Shown in pieces: positions 46,851 through 55,923 of a DNA stretch of 64,000 bases. Below the pieces are notes generated by a model that saw only the letters and a program-made list of their open reading frames with translations, did no database searches and was not told the DNA's origin. The number at the start of each line of letters is the position of its first letter. The stretch's first letter is position 1. The stretch spans positions 46,770 to 110,769 of the forward strand of contig DAHWKL010000001.1 in the NCBI GenBank assembly GCA_027343665.1, read 5' to 3'. Position numbers and translations under genes: made by a program. This stretch comes from an archaeon. Its GTDB lineage: Archaea; Nanobdellota; Nanobdellia; Pacearchaeales; GW2011-AR1.

Positions 46851-47318
46851 ATGACAAACAAAAAACATTATAAGTTTATGGGAACAGGAGAGCCTGCAAA
46901 AATAACTAATGAGAAATCAGATACTCTGATTGGTATGGATGGCAAAATGTTCAGCAAAGAAGATTTAGAAAATGAAATCAAAAGCAAGGTTAAATTCAAT
47001 CTTAGGGAATCAAAACTCGCTAAGACCGTTGTATTTGCCATCTTATTTGCTTCAGGATTAGGAATTGGCGGAAAGGCTGCTTATGATATGTATATAAGGT
47101 CCCCTGAAGTTGTTCTGAATGCACCTGGAGTTTATAATCCAATTAAAGCACCTGAAAGATTGTGGGATGCTTATACAAAAGAAAAAGCAGAAAATGGTTT
47201 TTACCATAATCAAGATTCATGGCGAGCATACATTGAAAGAACCATGGAACTTAACGGTGGAAGTCTTAAAGATATAAGATACACCCCAGATGCCAACCAT
47301 AACGGAAAGACTAATTGA
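46851..47318 (+). CDS. Single-pass membrane protein, unknown function
   Basis: 155 aa with a central TM segment VVFAILFASGLGIGG. A strong AGGAGG Shine-Dalgarno sequence lies upstream. Confidence 0.5.
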   Translation: MTNKKHYKFMGTGEPAKITNEKSDTLIGMDGKMFSKEDLENEIKSKVKFNLRESKLAKTVVFAILFASGLGIGGKAAYDMYIRSPEVVLNAPGVYNPIKAPERLWDAYTKEKAENGFYHNQDSWRAYIERTMELNGGSLKDIRYTPDANHNGKTN

Positions 47319-47329
47319 GGGATAAAATT

Positions 47330-47893
47330 ATGGGAGAGATAATCAAGCTGGATAAGAGTAGGATAAAACCGATTCAGAAGAATTTTAATTTGGAATCTGC
47401 AAAGAGATTTCTCATAAACTACCTTAAAGATCCAGATGATATTATAGTGCCTGTGAGGAATAATCCCTATAAAAAAGGGATGATTCTTTTGGATGGGCAT
47501 CATAGGAGTGGGATTATTGACACTTTATCTGAAATCAAAAATATCCCTTTATATGGCTGGTTTGCAAAAAGTGAAGACGATTTCATATCCAATAAAGACC
47601 TTCATGGAAAGCTCAGAATTGACAATTATTATGCCAGACAATTAGTTTTAGAGTCTAATCATTATATTTCCCAGAATTTTGGATGGTCTATCGGACCGTT
47701 TTACAAATCTGGACCTGAAAATATCTATGAAATGAGGAAAACCTCTGAAGTTTTCTCTTCACCGGAAAGTTTACTGACACATCTTTTGGATTTTGAAGAA
47801 TTTGAAGAATGTAAAAAAGGTAAATCAAAGAAGCTACTTGAGAAATTCCTTGGAAAAAAAAGAGTAAGACCTAAAGACTTTGCAAGAGCATAA
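47330..47893 (+). CDS. ParB/sulfiredoxin-like nuclease-domain protein
   Basis: It has IIVPVRNNPYKKGMILLDGHHRSGI, the ParBc DGHHR motif. I used the ATG at 47330, with GAGG 10 nt upstream. The track start is a TTG at 47315. Confidence 0.6.
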   Translation: MGEIIKLDKSRIKPIQKNFNLESAKRFLINYLKDPDDIIVPVRNNPYKKGMILLDGHHRSGIIDTLSEIKNIPLYGWFAKSEDDFISNKDLHGKLRIDNYYARQLVLESNHYISQNFGWSIGPFYKSGPENIYEMRKTSEVFSSPESLLTHLLDFEEFEECKKGKSKKLLEKFLGKKRVRPKDFARA

Positions 47894-47932
47894 CCCCCAA
47901 ACCTTTTTTAACCTAACTTCTCTAAATTTTTC

Positions 47933-49123
47933 ATGTCAGAAGAATTACCTGAGATAAATGTAGGGGTTGTGGGGCATATAGATCATGGAAAAACAACACT
48001 TCTTTCGAGACTTACCGGAAAGTTCACAGACACACATTCGGAAGAGTTGAAAAGAGGAATAACGATAAAATTGGGATATGCAGAGCTTATTCTTTACAAT
48101 GATAACGGCAACTTTAATACAGAGAAGAAAGGGAAACCAGTAAGGTATGTATCTTTTATAGATGCTCCCGGACACGAAATGCTCATGGCAACAATGTTAT
48201 CAGGCGCGGCAATAATAGATTCGGCAATATTAGTAATCGCTGCAAACGAAGGGATAAAACCCCAGACAAAAGAACATTTTATGGCTCTGCAGGCAAAAAA
48301 AATAAAAAATATAATAATTGTCCAGAATAAAATAGATCTGATTTCAAAAGAAAAAGCACTTGAAAATTATCGGGAGATAAAAAATTTCGTGAAAGGAACT
48401 TTTGCGGAAAATTCACCTGTAATCCCTATATCAGCTCAGCAAAATGTTAATATTGATAAACTCCTTGAAGCACTGAGTGAAATTCCCATACCCAAAAGGA
48501 ATGAGAGTGAAAAACCAATTTTCCTGATCGCAAGAAGTTTTGATATAAATAGACCCGGAACAGAAATAAAAAATCTGCATGGGGGGGTTCTAGGAGGGAT
48601 ACTAAAACAAGGGAAACTCAAAGTTGGTGATGAAATTGAAATAAAGCCCGGAATGACAATAAAAAGAAACAATCAATATTTCTATGAACCTATAACGACA
48701 AGAATTCTTTCCATACACAAAGGAGATTTATCAGTCAATGATGTAAGCCCAGGAGCTAGCATATCAATAGAAACCGAACTGGACCCTTTTATGACCAAGA
48801 CAGATTCTCTTACAGGGTCAATTATTTCGACAAAAGGAAATCTTCCTGAGATAACTTCAAGGACAAAAATAAAAGCGGAATTATTCAAAGAAGTCCTTGG
48901 TGAAGAAGAAAAAAATAAAGTAGAGGGATTAAGAACAAAGGAGATGCTTATGCTTTCTGTAAACACAACAATAACAGTCGGCACTGTCGAAAAAGTATCT
49001 GGAGATCTTGTGGAGATGAAACTTAACATCCCTATAGTCGGGATAAAAGGGGATAATGTCGGGATTGCAAGAAATATGAATGGCCACTGGAGACTGATAG
49101 GATTCGGAGAGATAATTGAATAA
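47933..49123 (+). CDS. eif2g: Translation initiation factor aIF2 gamma subunit
   Basis: 396 aa with VGHIDHGKTTL, DAPGH and QNKID. The Zn-knuckle region appears reduced. Confidence 0.95.
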   Translation: MSEELPEINVGVVGHIDHGKTTLLSRLTGKFTDTHSEELKRGITIKLGYAELILYNDNGNFNTEKKGKPVRYVSFIDAPGHEMLMATMLSGAAIIDSAILVIAANEGIKPQTKEHFMALQAKKIKNIIIVQNKIDLISKEKALENYREIKNFVKGTFAENSPVIPISAQQNVNIDKLLEALSEIPIPKRNESEKPIFLIARSFDINRPGTEIKNLHGGVLGGILKQGKLKVGDEIEIKPGMTIKRNNQYFYEPITTRILSIHKGDLSVNDVSPGASISIETELDPFMTKTDSLTGSIISTKGNLPEITSRTKIKAELFKEVLGEEEKNKVEGLRTKEMLMLSVNTTITVGTVEKVSGDLVEMKLNIPIVGIKGDNVGIARNMNGHWRLIGFGEIIE

Positions 49124-49196
49124 ATTTGTTATATCTTGAAAAAGACAACAAACCAAAAATTTAAAAATATAATTTCTATGAATAGATTATAAGAAA

Positions 49197-49601
49197 ATGG
49201 GATTGTTAAGAGACATTTCAAACAGATTACATGGAAGGAAAAAGATTGAGAGCAAACACCAAACCCTCCAAGAGATCTTAGACAGGTTAGAATTTTTAGA
49301 TGAATCTATCAATATTAATATAGTGTATGGTATCGGATCGTGGTATTTTCATTCATTCAAAAATCAGAAATCAAAAGAAGCTTCACACATAATAACAGAA
49401 CGTTTTGATCAACCCCAAGAAAAGAGAAGATATTTCGAAGCTGACTGTGAGGTTTTCGCCGGAAGAAAAATACAAAAGCATTATATTTGGGTAAAAAACG
49501 GTTTTGTGGATAAATATGGATTCCGCGATCCGCCATCTTGGGATGCAAGTGTCTGTTATGCCGTAAAAGATAAAGGGGAACATGAGCAAAGCTCATTATG
49601 A
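49197..49601 (+). CDS. Hypothetical protein
   Basis: 134-aa ORF with no family call. Confidence 0.4.
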   Translation: MGLLRDISNRLHGRKKIESKHQTLQEILDRLEFLDESININIVYGIGSWYFHSFKNQKSKEASHIITERFDQPQEKRRYFEADCEVFAGRKIQKHYIWVKNGFVDKYGFRDPPSWDASVCYAVKDKGEHEQSSL

Positions 49602-49653
49602 GAATTGCCAAGTAATCCACAATTTTTAAAAAGGCATTTTTCTTAATAATGCA

Positions 49654-50676
49654 ATGAAGGGTGAAAAATTTTTCATAGGATTTGTTCTTGCAATCGGGAT
49701 TTTCATGGTGTTAAGTTCTTTTGCACTTGCAGATAATTCTACAAACATAAATTCAAGTAATTCGACTAATATTACATTTAAAACAAATATGACCTCAAAT
49801 TCAACTGGAGTCGGATCCAATAGTTCTTCCAACGTTACCGCAAATTACACCCAAAGTGACAATGGCGGGAATATTGAAGTAAATTCTTCAGGAAATGCAA
49901 CGATTGATAATGAAACCGAACATGAAGTCGAAATAATGCAAGGCACAAGACCAGGTGCGCAAATAAGAGTATTGCAATTGGAAAGAAGCATCGAAATAAA
50001 AGTGCTTGAGGCACAAGCAGTACTAAATTATATACAAAACAAGACCTCAAATTATACTTCAAACCTTCAAGATATAATAAACAAACTTCAAAATCTGAAA
50101 AACGAAGCTGGGAACGTTTCAATCACAAACAGAACTTATGCCGCGGGACAGTTTGTAAGCATAAAATCACAGGCAGCGATCTTAGTTAGGGAGTTTAGGG
50201 GAAATGCTTCAGTTTATCTTAATGAAAATGACAGGAAATCTCTGCAGGCACAATTTAACCAAATAGAAAGAAATTCTTTCCAGGATACGAGAAAACAAAT
50301 TGAAGATTTACAAAAGGAACTTTGGAGGGAACAGATCCAAAAGGTCCTGAACAGATTCGGAAGAAATGACAGTGAACTCCTGGACAGGCTAAATCAAAGC
50401 AATATAACTACAGAAGAGATAAGATCCAGACTTCAAGAGGATTTTTCAAACCTGAGCTCCCAGCAAAGAGAAAATGCGCAGATAAAATTAAGGGAAGATG
50501 CTATACAGCTCCAGCAGCAAAAACTTGATGCATTAAAACAAGTTGAAAAGGAAAGAGAACAACAAATCAATAGAAGTTTAAATCAACTGAGATCAATTCA
50601 GGAAAGAGAAGCTAACCGAAGTGAAAATATAAACAATTTCGTTCAAAAATTTAAGAATAGGAGTCAAGATGGATAA
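49654..50676 (+). CDS. Secreted protein, N-glycosylation-sequon-rich N-terminus and Gln/Glu-rich coiled-coil C-terminus
   Basis: 340 aa. It has a signal/TM segment FFIGFVLAIGIFMVLSSFALA. About a dozen N-x-S/T sequons occur in the first roughly 100 aa and about two dozen overall. The C-terminal half has heptad-like Q/E/R/L repeats. Confidence 0.55.
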   Translation: MKGEKFFIGFVLAIGIFMVLSSFALADNSTNINSSNSTNITFKTNMTSNSTGVGSNSSSNVTANYTQSDNGGNIEVNSSGNATIDNETEHEVEIMQGTRPGAQIRVLQLERSIEIKVLEAQAVLNYIQNKTSNYTSNLQDIINKLQNLKNEAGNVSITNRTYAAGQFVSIKSQAAILVREFRGNASVYLNENDRKSLQAQFNQIERNSFQDTRKQIEDLQKELWREQIQKVLNRFGRNDSELLDRLNQSNITTEEIRSRLQEDFSNLSSQQRENAQIKLREDAIQLQQQKLDALKQVEKEREQQINRSLNQLRSIQEREANRSENINNFVQKFKNRSQDG

Positions 50677-50896
50677 AAAAGCTTGGATAGGAATAATTGT
50701 GGGAATCGTGATTGTTTTGGTTATAGCAGGATTGCTAGTATTTGGGGGCCACAATACAAACCAAAATGCAAGCACAAATTCGGGCAATCAGGTAACACCT
50801 TCAGTCGCAAACAGTGTCTCTAATAACAGCAGTCAGTTAATAGCAAATTCTGTCTCCAACAACAGCACTTCTGTCAACTTAGGAAGCCTCATATAA
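50669..50896 (+). CDS. Small membrane-anchored Asn/Ser-rich protein
   Basis: 75 aa with the TM segment AWIGIIVGIVIVLVIAGLLVF and a repeated ANSVSNNS. It overlaps the upstream gene by 8 nt. Confidence 0.45.
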   Translation: MDKKAWIGIIVGIVIVLVIAGLLVFGGHNTNQNASTNSGNQVTPSVANSVSNNSSQLIANSVSNNSTSVNLGSLI

Positions 50897-50944
50897 GCCT
50901 TTTTACTAAAAATTTATAATCTGTATTTTCCAAAAGAAGTTGAA

Positions 50945-51799
50945 ATGACACTCTATTCACATTCAAGATTATCAACTTTTGAGCAATGCCGTTATAAATA
51001 TAAGTTAAAATATATTGATAAAATTCCAAGTCCAGTAAAGAAATCAGTTGAAGCACATCTTGGCGAATGCGTTCACGATGCGCTTGAATGGCTTTACAAA
51101 AATATCCTTTCAGGTAGGGTCCCTGAGATGGACGAGGTGATAGAGAGATATGCAAACACATGGCAGGAAAAAGATACAGAAGAGATGATTATTGTCGGAG
51201 AAACTCCGAAGCAGGAATATTTCAACAAAGGAGTAAAGTTCCTGATCGATTATTACGTTAAAAACACCCCTTTCCAGGACGGGACGATAGACACAGAAAA
51301 ACGTGTCTGGATAAATCTCGGAGAAGATTTCCCCCACAAAGTCGTGGGTTATATCGACAGACTTACATATAACAAAGAGAGAAATGAATATGAAATACAT
51401 GATTATAAGACAGCCAATACTCTGCCAAACAAGAGCAAATTTGAGAACGACAGACAACTGGCTCTTTATTCGATCGCTATAAAAGAGCTTTATGGAGATA
51501 AACCAGTAACACTTACATGGCATTATCTGAATTATAATATCAAGATAATATCAAAGAGAACGGATGAACAGCTTGAAGAGCTGAAGAAAGACACAATAAA
51601 ACTGATAAATGAAATTGAAAATACAAAGGATTTTCCAGTCAATAGGTCAATTCTTTGCAACTGGTGTGAATACAAGCAATATTGCAAAGCATGGGGAAAT
51701 TCAATTCCTGAACATTTGCTCAGGGAAAAAGTGCCTTCACCTTATAAAAAATATGAATCGGAAGAATTTCCCACTTTAGAAAAATATTTCAAAAACTGA
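50945..51799 (+). CDS. PD-(D/E)XK nuclease, Cas4/AddB-like with four-Cys cluster
   Basis: 284 aa. It has an N-terminal SRLSTFEQCRYKY, GYIDRL...EIHDYKT (D...D/ExK) and a C-terminal CNWCEYKQYC. Confidence 0.75.
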   Translation: MTLYSHSRLSTFEQCRYKYKLKYIDKIPSPVKKSVEAHLGECVHDALEWLYKNILSGRVPEMDEVIERYANTWQEKDTEEMIIVGETPKQEYFNKGVKFLIDYYVKNTPFQDGTIDTEKRVWINLGEDFPHKVVGYIDRLTYNKERNEYEIHDYKTANTLPNKSKFENDRQLALYSIAIKELYGDKPVTLTWHYLNYNIKIISKRTDEQLEELKKDTIKLINEIENTKDFPVNRSILCNWCEYKQYCKAWGNSIPEHLLREKVPSPYKKYESEEFPTLEKYFKN

Positions 51800-52094
51800 A
51801 CTTGCCATTAAGGTAATCTTCTATACCAATAAGCCTTGAAAGCATAAGTTCAGGCGGGATTAATGGAACTGATTTCTTTGCAAGCATCTTTTCTATGTTT
51901 TTTGGCATTTCATCTATCATCTTATTAACTCCATCAAATAAAAAATGCTTTCCGTATCTTTTTCCGAGTTTTGAATATAATCCTTCCCTGATTTCTTTAA
52001 GATCAAAATAATCTTCACAATAATTTCTTAAAAAGCAACCCTTATCAAGATTGGATATGGCCTCCTTTATATCACCATCGTTCATCTTCTCCAA
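51789..52094 (-). CDS. Hypothetical protein
   Basis: 101-aa ORF. It makes a convergent 11-nt overlap with the nuclease gene. Confidence 0.4.
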   Translation of the reverse strand: MEKMNDGDIKEAISNLDKGCFLRNYCEDYFDLKEIREGLYSKLGKRYGKHFLFDGVNKMIDEMPKNIEKMLAKKSVPLIPPELMLSRLIGIEDYLNGKFSF

Positions 52095-52149
52095 AGAACG
52101 TATTTTTTTATAAATTTAATGATAATCCAGCATACAAAAAATTTATATA

Positions 52150-52175
52150 TTCATATGAACTCATAGTCATATGAA
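52150..52175. promoter_or_regulatory. Two TTCATATGAA-type palindromes at the arsR-like operon start
   Basis: TTCATATGAA at 52150-52159 is a perfect 10-bp palindrome. GTCATATGAA at 52166-52175 contains the start codon. The two sites are 16 nt apart centre to centre. Confidence 0.3.
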
Positions 52176-52476
52176 AAACATACATTGCGATGCTTATCAT
52201 GTCTTTTTCAAGAATCTGGCAAACCCGCTGAAAATAGGAATTATAGCAGAATTGAAGGAAAAACCATCAAGCGTAAACGAGCTTTCGGAAAAGCTTAATG
52301 TAGAGCAATCAAAACTTTCACATTCACTTGCAAATTTGAGATTCTGCAGCCTTGTCAATTCAAAACAGGTCGGAAAGAAAAGAGTTTATTCTCTTAACAA
52401 AAAAACCATTCTGCCAATATTGAAGATAATTGATAAGCACAGACAGACAGAATGCACAGGCTGTAAAGTAAAATGA
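52171..52476 (+). CDS. ArsR-family transcriptional regulator with N- and C-terminal Cys/His
   Basis: 101 aa. The HTH is SSVNELSEKLNVEQSKLSHSLANLRFCSLV, with HCDAYH at the N-terminus and ECTGC at the C-terminus. Confidence 0.75.
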   Translation: MKNIHCDAYHVFFKNLANPLKIGIIAELKEKPSSVNELSEKLNVEQSKLSHSLANLRFCSLVNSKQVGKKRVYSLNKKTILPILKIIDKHRQTECTGCKVK

Positions 52477-52946
52477 AAAACAGGTTACAAAACCTTGCCG
52501 CAAAATTTCTAAACCTGAAACCGATATATTCTCAGCTTCCGGTTGTTGTAGGGGTCCCGGTTATAGTCAAAAATTCGAAAGGTGAGATCCTTCTTGGAAA
52601 AAGAGACAAAAACATGTATGCCTATCCGGATTTTTGGAATCTTCCAGGTGGGCTTGTGGATTATGGTGAAAGCCTTTCACATGCAGCAAAAAGAGAATTT
52701 GAAGAGGAAACAGGTGCTAAAGTAAAAATAATCCGTCAATCAAAAAATATTTATGAAGTCTTCCCAACAAAAGAATCACATTTTCATTCTCTGAATATAC
52801 CTTTTTTTGGAAAGATCATAAAAGGGACTCCAAAAGCAAAAGACGAAACACAGGAAGTGAAGTGGTTCAAACCAGCGGAAATAAAAAATATGAAACTTGC
52901 TTACACGCATAAAGAAATCCTCAAAAAGGAGGGAATACTGAAATGA
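52473..52946 (+). CDS. NUDIX hydrolase
   Basis: 157 aa with the Nudix box GGLVDYGESLSHAAKREFEEETG. Confidence 0.85.
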   Translation: MKNRLQNLAAKFLNLKPIYSQLPVVVGVPVIVKNSKGEILLGKRDKNMYAYPDFWNLPGGLVDYGESLSHAAKREFEEETGAKVKIIRQSKNIYEVFPTKESHFHSLNIPFFGKIIKGTPKAKDETQEVKWFKPAEIKNMKLAYTHKEILKKEGILK

Positions 52947-53443
52947 AAATTGAAGAGGAATTAATAAATAAAATGAAAGAGAGTGGCGGATATCTAATTA
53001 CAATGGATTATAATTTATATAAAAAGATAATTTCAGATCTTGCAAGACCTTTCCACGGCACAAAAATAGACAAAGTAGTCTCTCCTGAAATGAAAGGCAT
53101 GCTTTACGGTCCTTTAATCGCTCAGAAACTCAAAATACCTTTCGCACCGATATTCAAAGAAGGTAGAGTTCCAAAAAAGTTTGTTTTAACAAAAAAATAC
53201 GTTGATTACTCAAAAAAATCAAAAAGCCTGGAAATTGGCAAATCCGAAATAAAAAGAGGAGACAGGATATTAATTGTCGATGATGAATTTGAGAGTGGGG
53301 AGAGTGGGAAGGCAATAATAAAGATGATTGAAAAACTAGGCGGCAAAGTGGTTGGGATAGCAATAATATATAACAAGCTAAACCAAAAAGCAGAAGAATT
53401 TTTCAAAAAGTATAAACTAAACTACCTTGTAAAATTAAAATGA
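52943..53443 (+). CDS. Type I phosphoribosyltransferase (adenine PRT-like)
   Basis: 166 aa with the PRPP loop RILIVDDEFESGESG. Confidence 0.7.
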   Translation: MKIEEELINKMKESGGYLITMDYNLYKKIISDLARPFHGTKIDKVVSPEMKGMLYGPLIAQKLKIPFAPIFKEGRVPKKFVLTKKYVDYSKKSKSLEIGKSEIKRGDRILIVDDEFESGESGKAIIKMIEKLGGKVVGIAIIYNKLNQKAEEFFKKYKLNYLVKLK

Positions 53444-53871
53444 AAATAAGAAAAGCTGCAAGAAAAGATTTTGAAGATGTTGCTAAGATCTACAAAGAAG
53501 GATTTTCAGAGCCACCGTATAATGAAGGTTGGACATCAAAAGAAGCCAGAAAGAAAATTGAAGTATTCTCGAGGTATTGTGACATATGGGTCTGCGACAT
53601 AGACGGAGAAATTGCAGGATTCATGATTGTAAACCCCCACCAATGGAAAGATGGGGAAACGATCTTCCGGGAAGAGACAGGAGTCAAAAAAGAGTTCAGG
53701 AGGAAAGGAATTGCAGCTGAGATGATGAAGAAAGTTTTTGATTTCTACAAGAAGAGAGGCTACAAGACTTCCGTTGGAATAATAAATAAAAAAGCTAAAA
53801 GCTTTGGATTCATAAAAAAGTTTGGCATGAAAGTAGATAAGAACAATCTTTTGGCAATTAAGGAGTTATGA
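53440..53871 (+). CDS. GNAT-family N-acetyltransferase
   Basis: 143 aa with VKKEFRRKGIAAEMMKK (Q/RxxGxG/A acetyl-CoA motif). Confidence 0.8.
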   Translation: MKIRKAARKDFEDVAKIYKEGFSEPPYNEGWTSKEARKKIEVFSRYCDIWVCDIDGEIAGFMIVNPHQWKDGETIFREETGVKKEFRRKGIAAEMMKKVFDFYKKRGYKTSVGIINKKAKSFGFIKKFGMKVDKNNLLAIKEL

Positions 53872-55025
53872 TGGAACCGGTATATTTGGACAATGCAGCC
53901 ACGACGAAAGTTGACAAGGAAGTCTTGAAAGCTATGGCTCCGTATTTTGACGAATTTTACGGTAACGCTTCATCGATGCATGTGAAAGGCCAAGAAGCGA
54001 AAAAAGCTGTTGAGAAAGCAAGGGAAACAATTGCACGGGCCATAAACGCAAAACTTGAAGAGATTTATTTCACTTCAGGTGGGACCGAATCAAATAACTG
54101 GGCTTTGAAAGGAGCTTTTTTTGAGAATTTCCCTAAGAAAAACCATATCGTGACTGTGAAAACTGAGCATGATTGCATATTAAACACCGCAAAATGGCTC
54201 GAAGGAAAAGGTGCTAAAGTGACTTATCTTGATGTTGATAAAGAAGGTTTCATTAATATCGAAAAACTCAAAAAAGCAATCACACCTAAAACTTTCCTCG
54301 TCTCGGTCATGCAAGCAAACAATGAAATCGGAACGATACAAAATCTTGAAGAGATAGGAAATATCTGCAGGGAAAGGAAAATTCTTTTCCATACAGATGC
54401 GGCACAGAGCTTCACAAAAATTCCTCTTGATGTAAAGAGGATGAATCTGAACCTTGTTACAATAAATGCACATAAAGTTTACGGACCAAAAGGTGTGGGA
54501 GCTCTGTTCATTCGTGAAGGAGTAAAGATCACCCCTCTCCTCCATGGCGGTGGGCATGAAAGAGGACAAAGAAGCGGAACTGAAAATGTCCCGGGAATCA
54601 TCGGATTCGGAAAAGCAGTTGAAATATCCGGGAAGACAGACTATAAAAAAATGTCTGCTCTCAGAGATAAGCTGATAAAATGGATAATTGAAAAAATTCC
54701 AGACAGCAAGCTGAACGGTCCAGTTGGAGATAAGAGACTTCCAAACAATGTGAATATAACCTTCAAAGGATGTGAAGGAGAAGCCCTCGGCGGATATCTT
54801 GAAAACAAAAATATCTACGTCTCTACAGGTTCTGCTTGTATGTCAAACACAAACGCACAAAGCCATGTCCTTGCCGCAATCGGTCTCTCAAGAGAAGAGC
54901 AGGAGTCATCTATAAGATTCACGCTTGGGAAAGAAACGACAGAAAAAAATATAGATTATGTCATGAAAGTTCTTTCGGAAATCATTGAAAAGATGAGGAC
55001 TGCTGGGAAAATAAAGAACGGTTAA
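53868..55025 (+). CDS. Cysteine desulfurase (NifS/IscS class I)
   Basis: 385 aa with YLDNAATT, TSGGTESNN, NAHKVYGPKG (PLP lysine) and GSACMS (catalytic Cys loop). Confidence 0.9.
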   Translation: MMEPVYLDNAATTKVDKEVLKAMAPYFDEFYGNASSMHVKGQEAKKAVEKARETIARAINAKLEEIYFTSGGTESNNWALKGAFFENFPKKNHIVTVKTEHDCILNTAKWLEGKGAKVTYLDVDKEGFINIEKLKKAITPKTFLVSVMQANNEIGTIQNLEEIGNICRERKILFHTDAAQSFTKIPLDVKRMNLNLVTINAHKVYGPKGVGALFIREGVKITPLLHGGGHERGQRSGTENVPGIIGFGKAVEISGKTDYKKMSALRDKLIKWIIEKIPDSKLNGPVGDKRLPNNVNITFKGCEGEALGGYLENKNIYVSTGSACMSNTNAQSHVLAAIGLSREEQESSIRFTLGKETTEKNIDYVMKVLSEIIEKMRTAGKIKNG

Positions 55026-55885
55026 GTTATCAGGATTAATATTACACCTACGACCATTATTGTTGCTCCGATTATTCTTCTTATCATATTCTTTTCCTTG
55101 AGCAGAAAATCTCCGTAAAAAACGCTGAAAAGAATACTCAATCTCTTTACAGAAGTCACATATGGAACAATTTGAGTCATGAAAGCTATGTTTACTGTCA
55201 ATGATGACAATGCAGTCGCAGCACCTAATAGGACGACCAGCCAAAATCCTCCCCGAGATTTGGATGAATTTTTCTTTTGGGTCATCTGCAACATTATAAG
55301 GAATACCGCACCAAGACAGAAATATACAATAGTGGAACCGAAGATGAAATCTGAGTTTTCAAGAAGCATCTTCCCGTAAGTTGTAGTGATACTGTAAAGG
55401 AACGCTACAATTAACATATAGATAGTTCCCCTATCCCGGAAAATAGATCTGAGAGGTGCAAAAATTCCTGAATCATCTTTTGTCGAATTCAAAACATATG
55501 AACCTATAACAACGACAAAAATACCTATAGCACCAATCCAGCTGGGAATTTCGCCAAGTATAAGGAAAGAGATTAATATGAGAAAAACAGGCGTGAAAGA
55601 AAGCATAGGAACAGCCACCGAAAGATCTGTTTTTTCCAAAGCCTTGAAATATAATATTGCAGCAACAGCATTGGTTACAATGGTTATTATTAATGCAGGA
55701 TAAAAATTGCTTCCGAGGGCGGGAAATCCTTTTATGTAAGAGACAATCAGGGAAAGTATTCCGGCGAAAAAAAAGACTTTTGTGAAAAGAGCATAAGGAT
55801 TGACATTACTGGCATGCTTTTTAATAAGAAGATAATAGGTTGCGTCGAAAAACGCCGCAAGAAGAGCGAATATCACCCAATCCAT
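55022..55885 (-). CDS. EamA/DMT-family transporter
   Basis: 287 aa with 10 hydrophobic helices forming two EamA-like halves. Confidence 0.75.
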   Translation of the reverse strand: MDWVIFALLAAFFDATYYLLIKKHASNVNPYALFTKVFFFAGILSLIVSYIKGFPALGSNFYPALIITIVTNAVAAILYFKALEKTDLSVAVPMLSFTPVFLILISFLILGEIPSWIGAIGIFVVVIGSYVLNSTKDDSGIFAPLRSIFRDRGTIYMLIVAFLYSITTTYGKMLLENSDFIFGSTIVYFCLGAVFLIMLQMTQKKNSSKSRGGFWLVVLLGAATALSSLTVNIAFMTQIVPYVTSVKRLSILFSVFYGDFLLKEKNMIRRIIGATIMVVGVILILIT

Positions 55886-55923
55886 TAAGATTAAAAATTA
55901 AATTGATATATAAATTTGTTGAA

